DNA from: Lingula anatina
Lineage: Eukaryota > Animalia > Brachiopoda
Direction: 5' to 3'
Assembly (NCBI GenBank): GCA_051362555.1
Contig: CM120642.1
Location: 14,756,001-14,820,000 of the forward strand
Length of the DNA stretch: 64,000 bases
Notes under the pieces: model-generated
What the model saw: the letters and a program-made list of their open reading frames with translations, nothing else
Database searches by the model: none
What the model was told of the DNA's origin: nothing
Shown: in pieces, positions 63,100-64,000 of the stretch
Numbering within the stretch: position 1 is the stretch's first letter
Layout: each line of letters begins with the position of its first letter
Program-made: the position numbers and the translations under genes

Positions 63100-64000
63100 T
63101 TATTTTTTTGACACGGGTGTGCCAAACATGGCCTCTCCCAGGTCCTCGCTTATCTCGGCCAGCATTTTGGGGTCTTTGTAATAGGTCACAGCTTTGGCCA
63201 TGGCCCAGGCACGCTTGACTGGCTCCACACTTTTGAAAATCCCTGATCCCACGAAGACGCCGTCCACACCAAGTTGCATCAGTAGAGATACGTCGGCTGG
63301 AGTAGCTGTGTAAAATGAAATGAATATAAAATCATAACATAACTTGAAAGGAGGAGAAACAATGTCCTTTTTATTCTTCCGCCATTATAGTGTATTAATG
63401 CTATATACACTCTATACTTACAATTCTGAGGAACTGTCATTCTTTGGACTCGACCGAGTAATAAACAGCCCTATTTCTTTTCGTTTTAAAAAAAATTCAA
63501 GTACACTTCTCCATATCAGTGAATAAAATAACATAAAGCACTTATTATACTAAAAAAGTAAATCTAAAGAAAACAACAGTTTTTCTCACCGAGTCCTCCC
63601 GCTGCAAACTGGACTACTGGTAGACGACCGAGTTCTGCAGTTTGTTTCAGCAAGTCATAAGGAACACTCAACTCCTTGGCGTAACTGAACAGCTCTGGCG
63701 GGTCCAACGTCTGGACTTTACGGATCTGCTGCCGTATTATCCTTGCATGACGAACTGCTTGGCTAACATCACCTGAAACACAGACGTACCCATGCACTAA
63801 TCAACTACAAAGTGATATCCGATTATTTGAACAGTCTCAGATGGGAATTTAGGGGCTAAAGACTTTCTCATGAACGGTTGTTTTAATGCCTAGAAAAATT
63901 AATTAAGATCGGACTTTTTCCTAGTTTAGTGTACCTGTTCCTGCTTCGCCTTTAGTTCGTATCATCGCAGCTCCCTCTGCTATGCGTCTCAGCGCCTCCC
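63100..64000 (-). CDS. PDX1: Pyridoxal 5'-phosphate synthase subunit Pdx1/PdxS/SNZ (3' part; continues beyond the window)
   Basis: Exons (>64000)-63935, 63772-63590 and 63305-63100 give [95 protein letters not shown]. Symbol refers to the B6 synthase, not the homeobox gene. Confidence 0.95.

Noticed and set aside
63100-64000. Bacterial contamination as the source of Pdx1
   Set aside because: Canonical GT-AG introns and contiguity with metazoan-type genes and repeats.

Overview
AT-rich, intron-containing eukaryotic (invertebrate metazoan, plausibly lophotrochozoan/molluscan; inferred) genomic window, not prokaryotic. Genes reconstructed by hand from GT-AG junctions and phases, in order: 3' exons of an Rdl-like GABA-gated chloride channel (+), RPL31 (-), a single-exon uncharacterised 402-aa ORF (-), two tandem secreted C-type lectins (-), a Torsin-1-like AAA+ ATPase (-), a ~50-copy 34-bp G/C-rich minisatellite, a large cellular RNA-dependent RNA polymerase (-), a divergently oriented DZIP3-like HEPN gene (+), GTPBP8/EngB-like GTPase (-) and the 3' part of an intron-containing Pdx1/SNZ vitamin B6 synthase (-). 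Intergenic DNA holds a Tc1/mariner insertion with its empty site visible in the paralog, a 5'-truncated LINE with TSD, Helentron/HINE-like repeats and several MITEs. The best candidate for an undescribed system is 42-56.7 kb. The RdRP has an N-terminal SAM-like domain and a C-terminal Cid1/TENT-like (probably inactive) nucleotidyltransferase plus KH-like module, reachable only through a -1 frameshift at A AAA AAA TAA. It lies head-to-head with a small stand-alone HEPN RNase whose spliced form ends in a CaaX box (CTLL*). NF-kB/ISRE-like sites and a Penelope-type inverted repeat with hammerhead ribozyme cores lie nearby. All domain calls are motif recognition by eye and need HMM, structure and RNA-seq confirmation.
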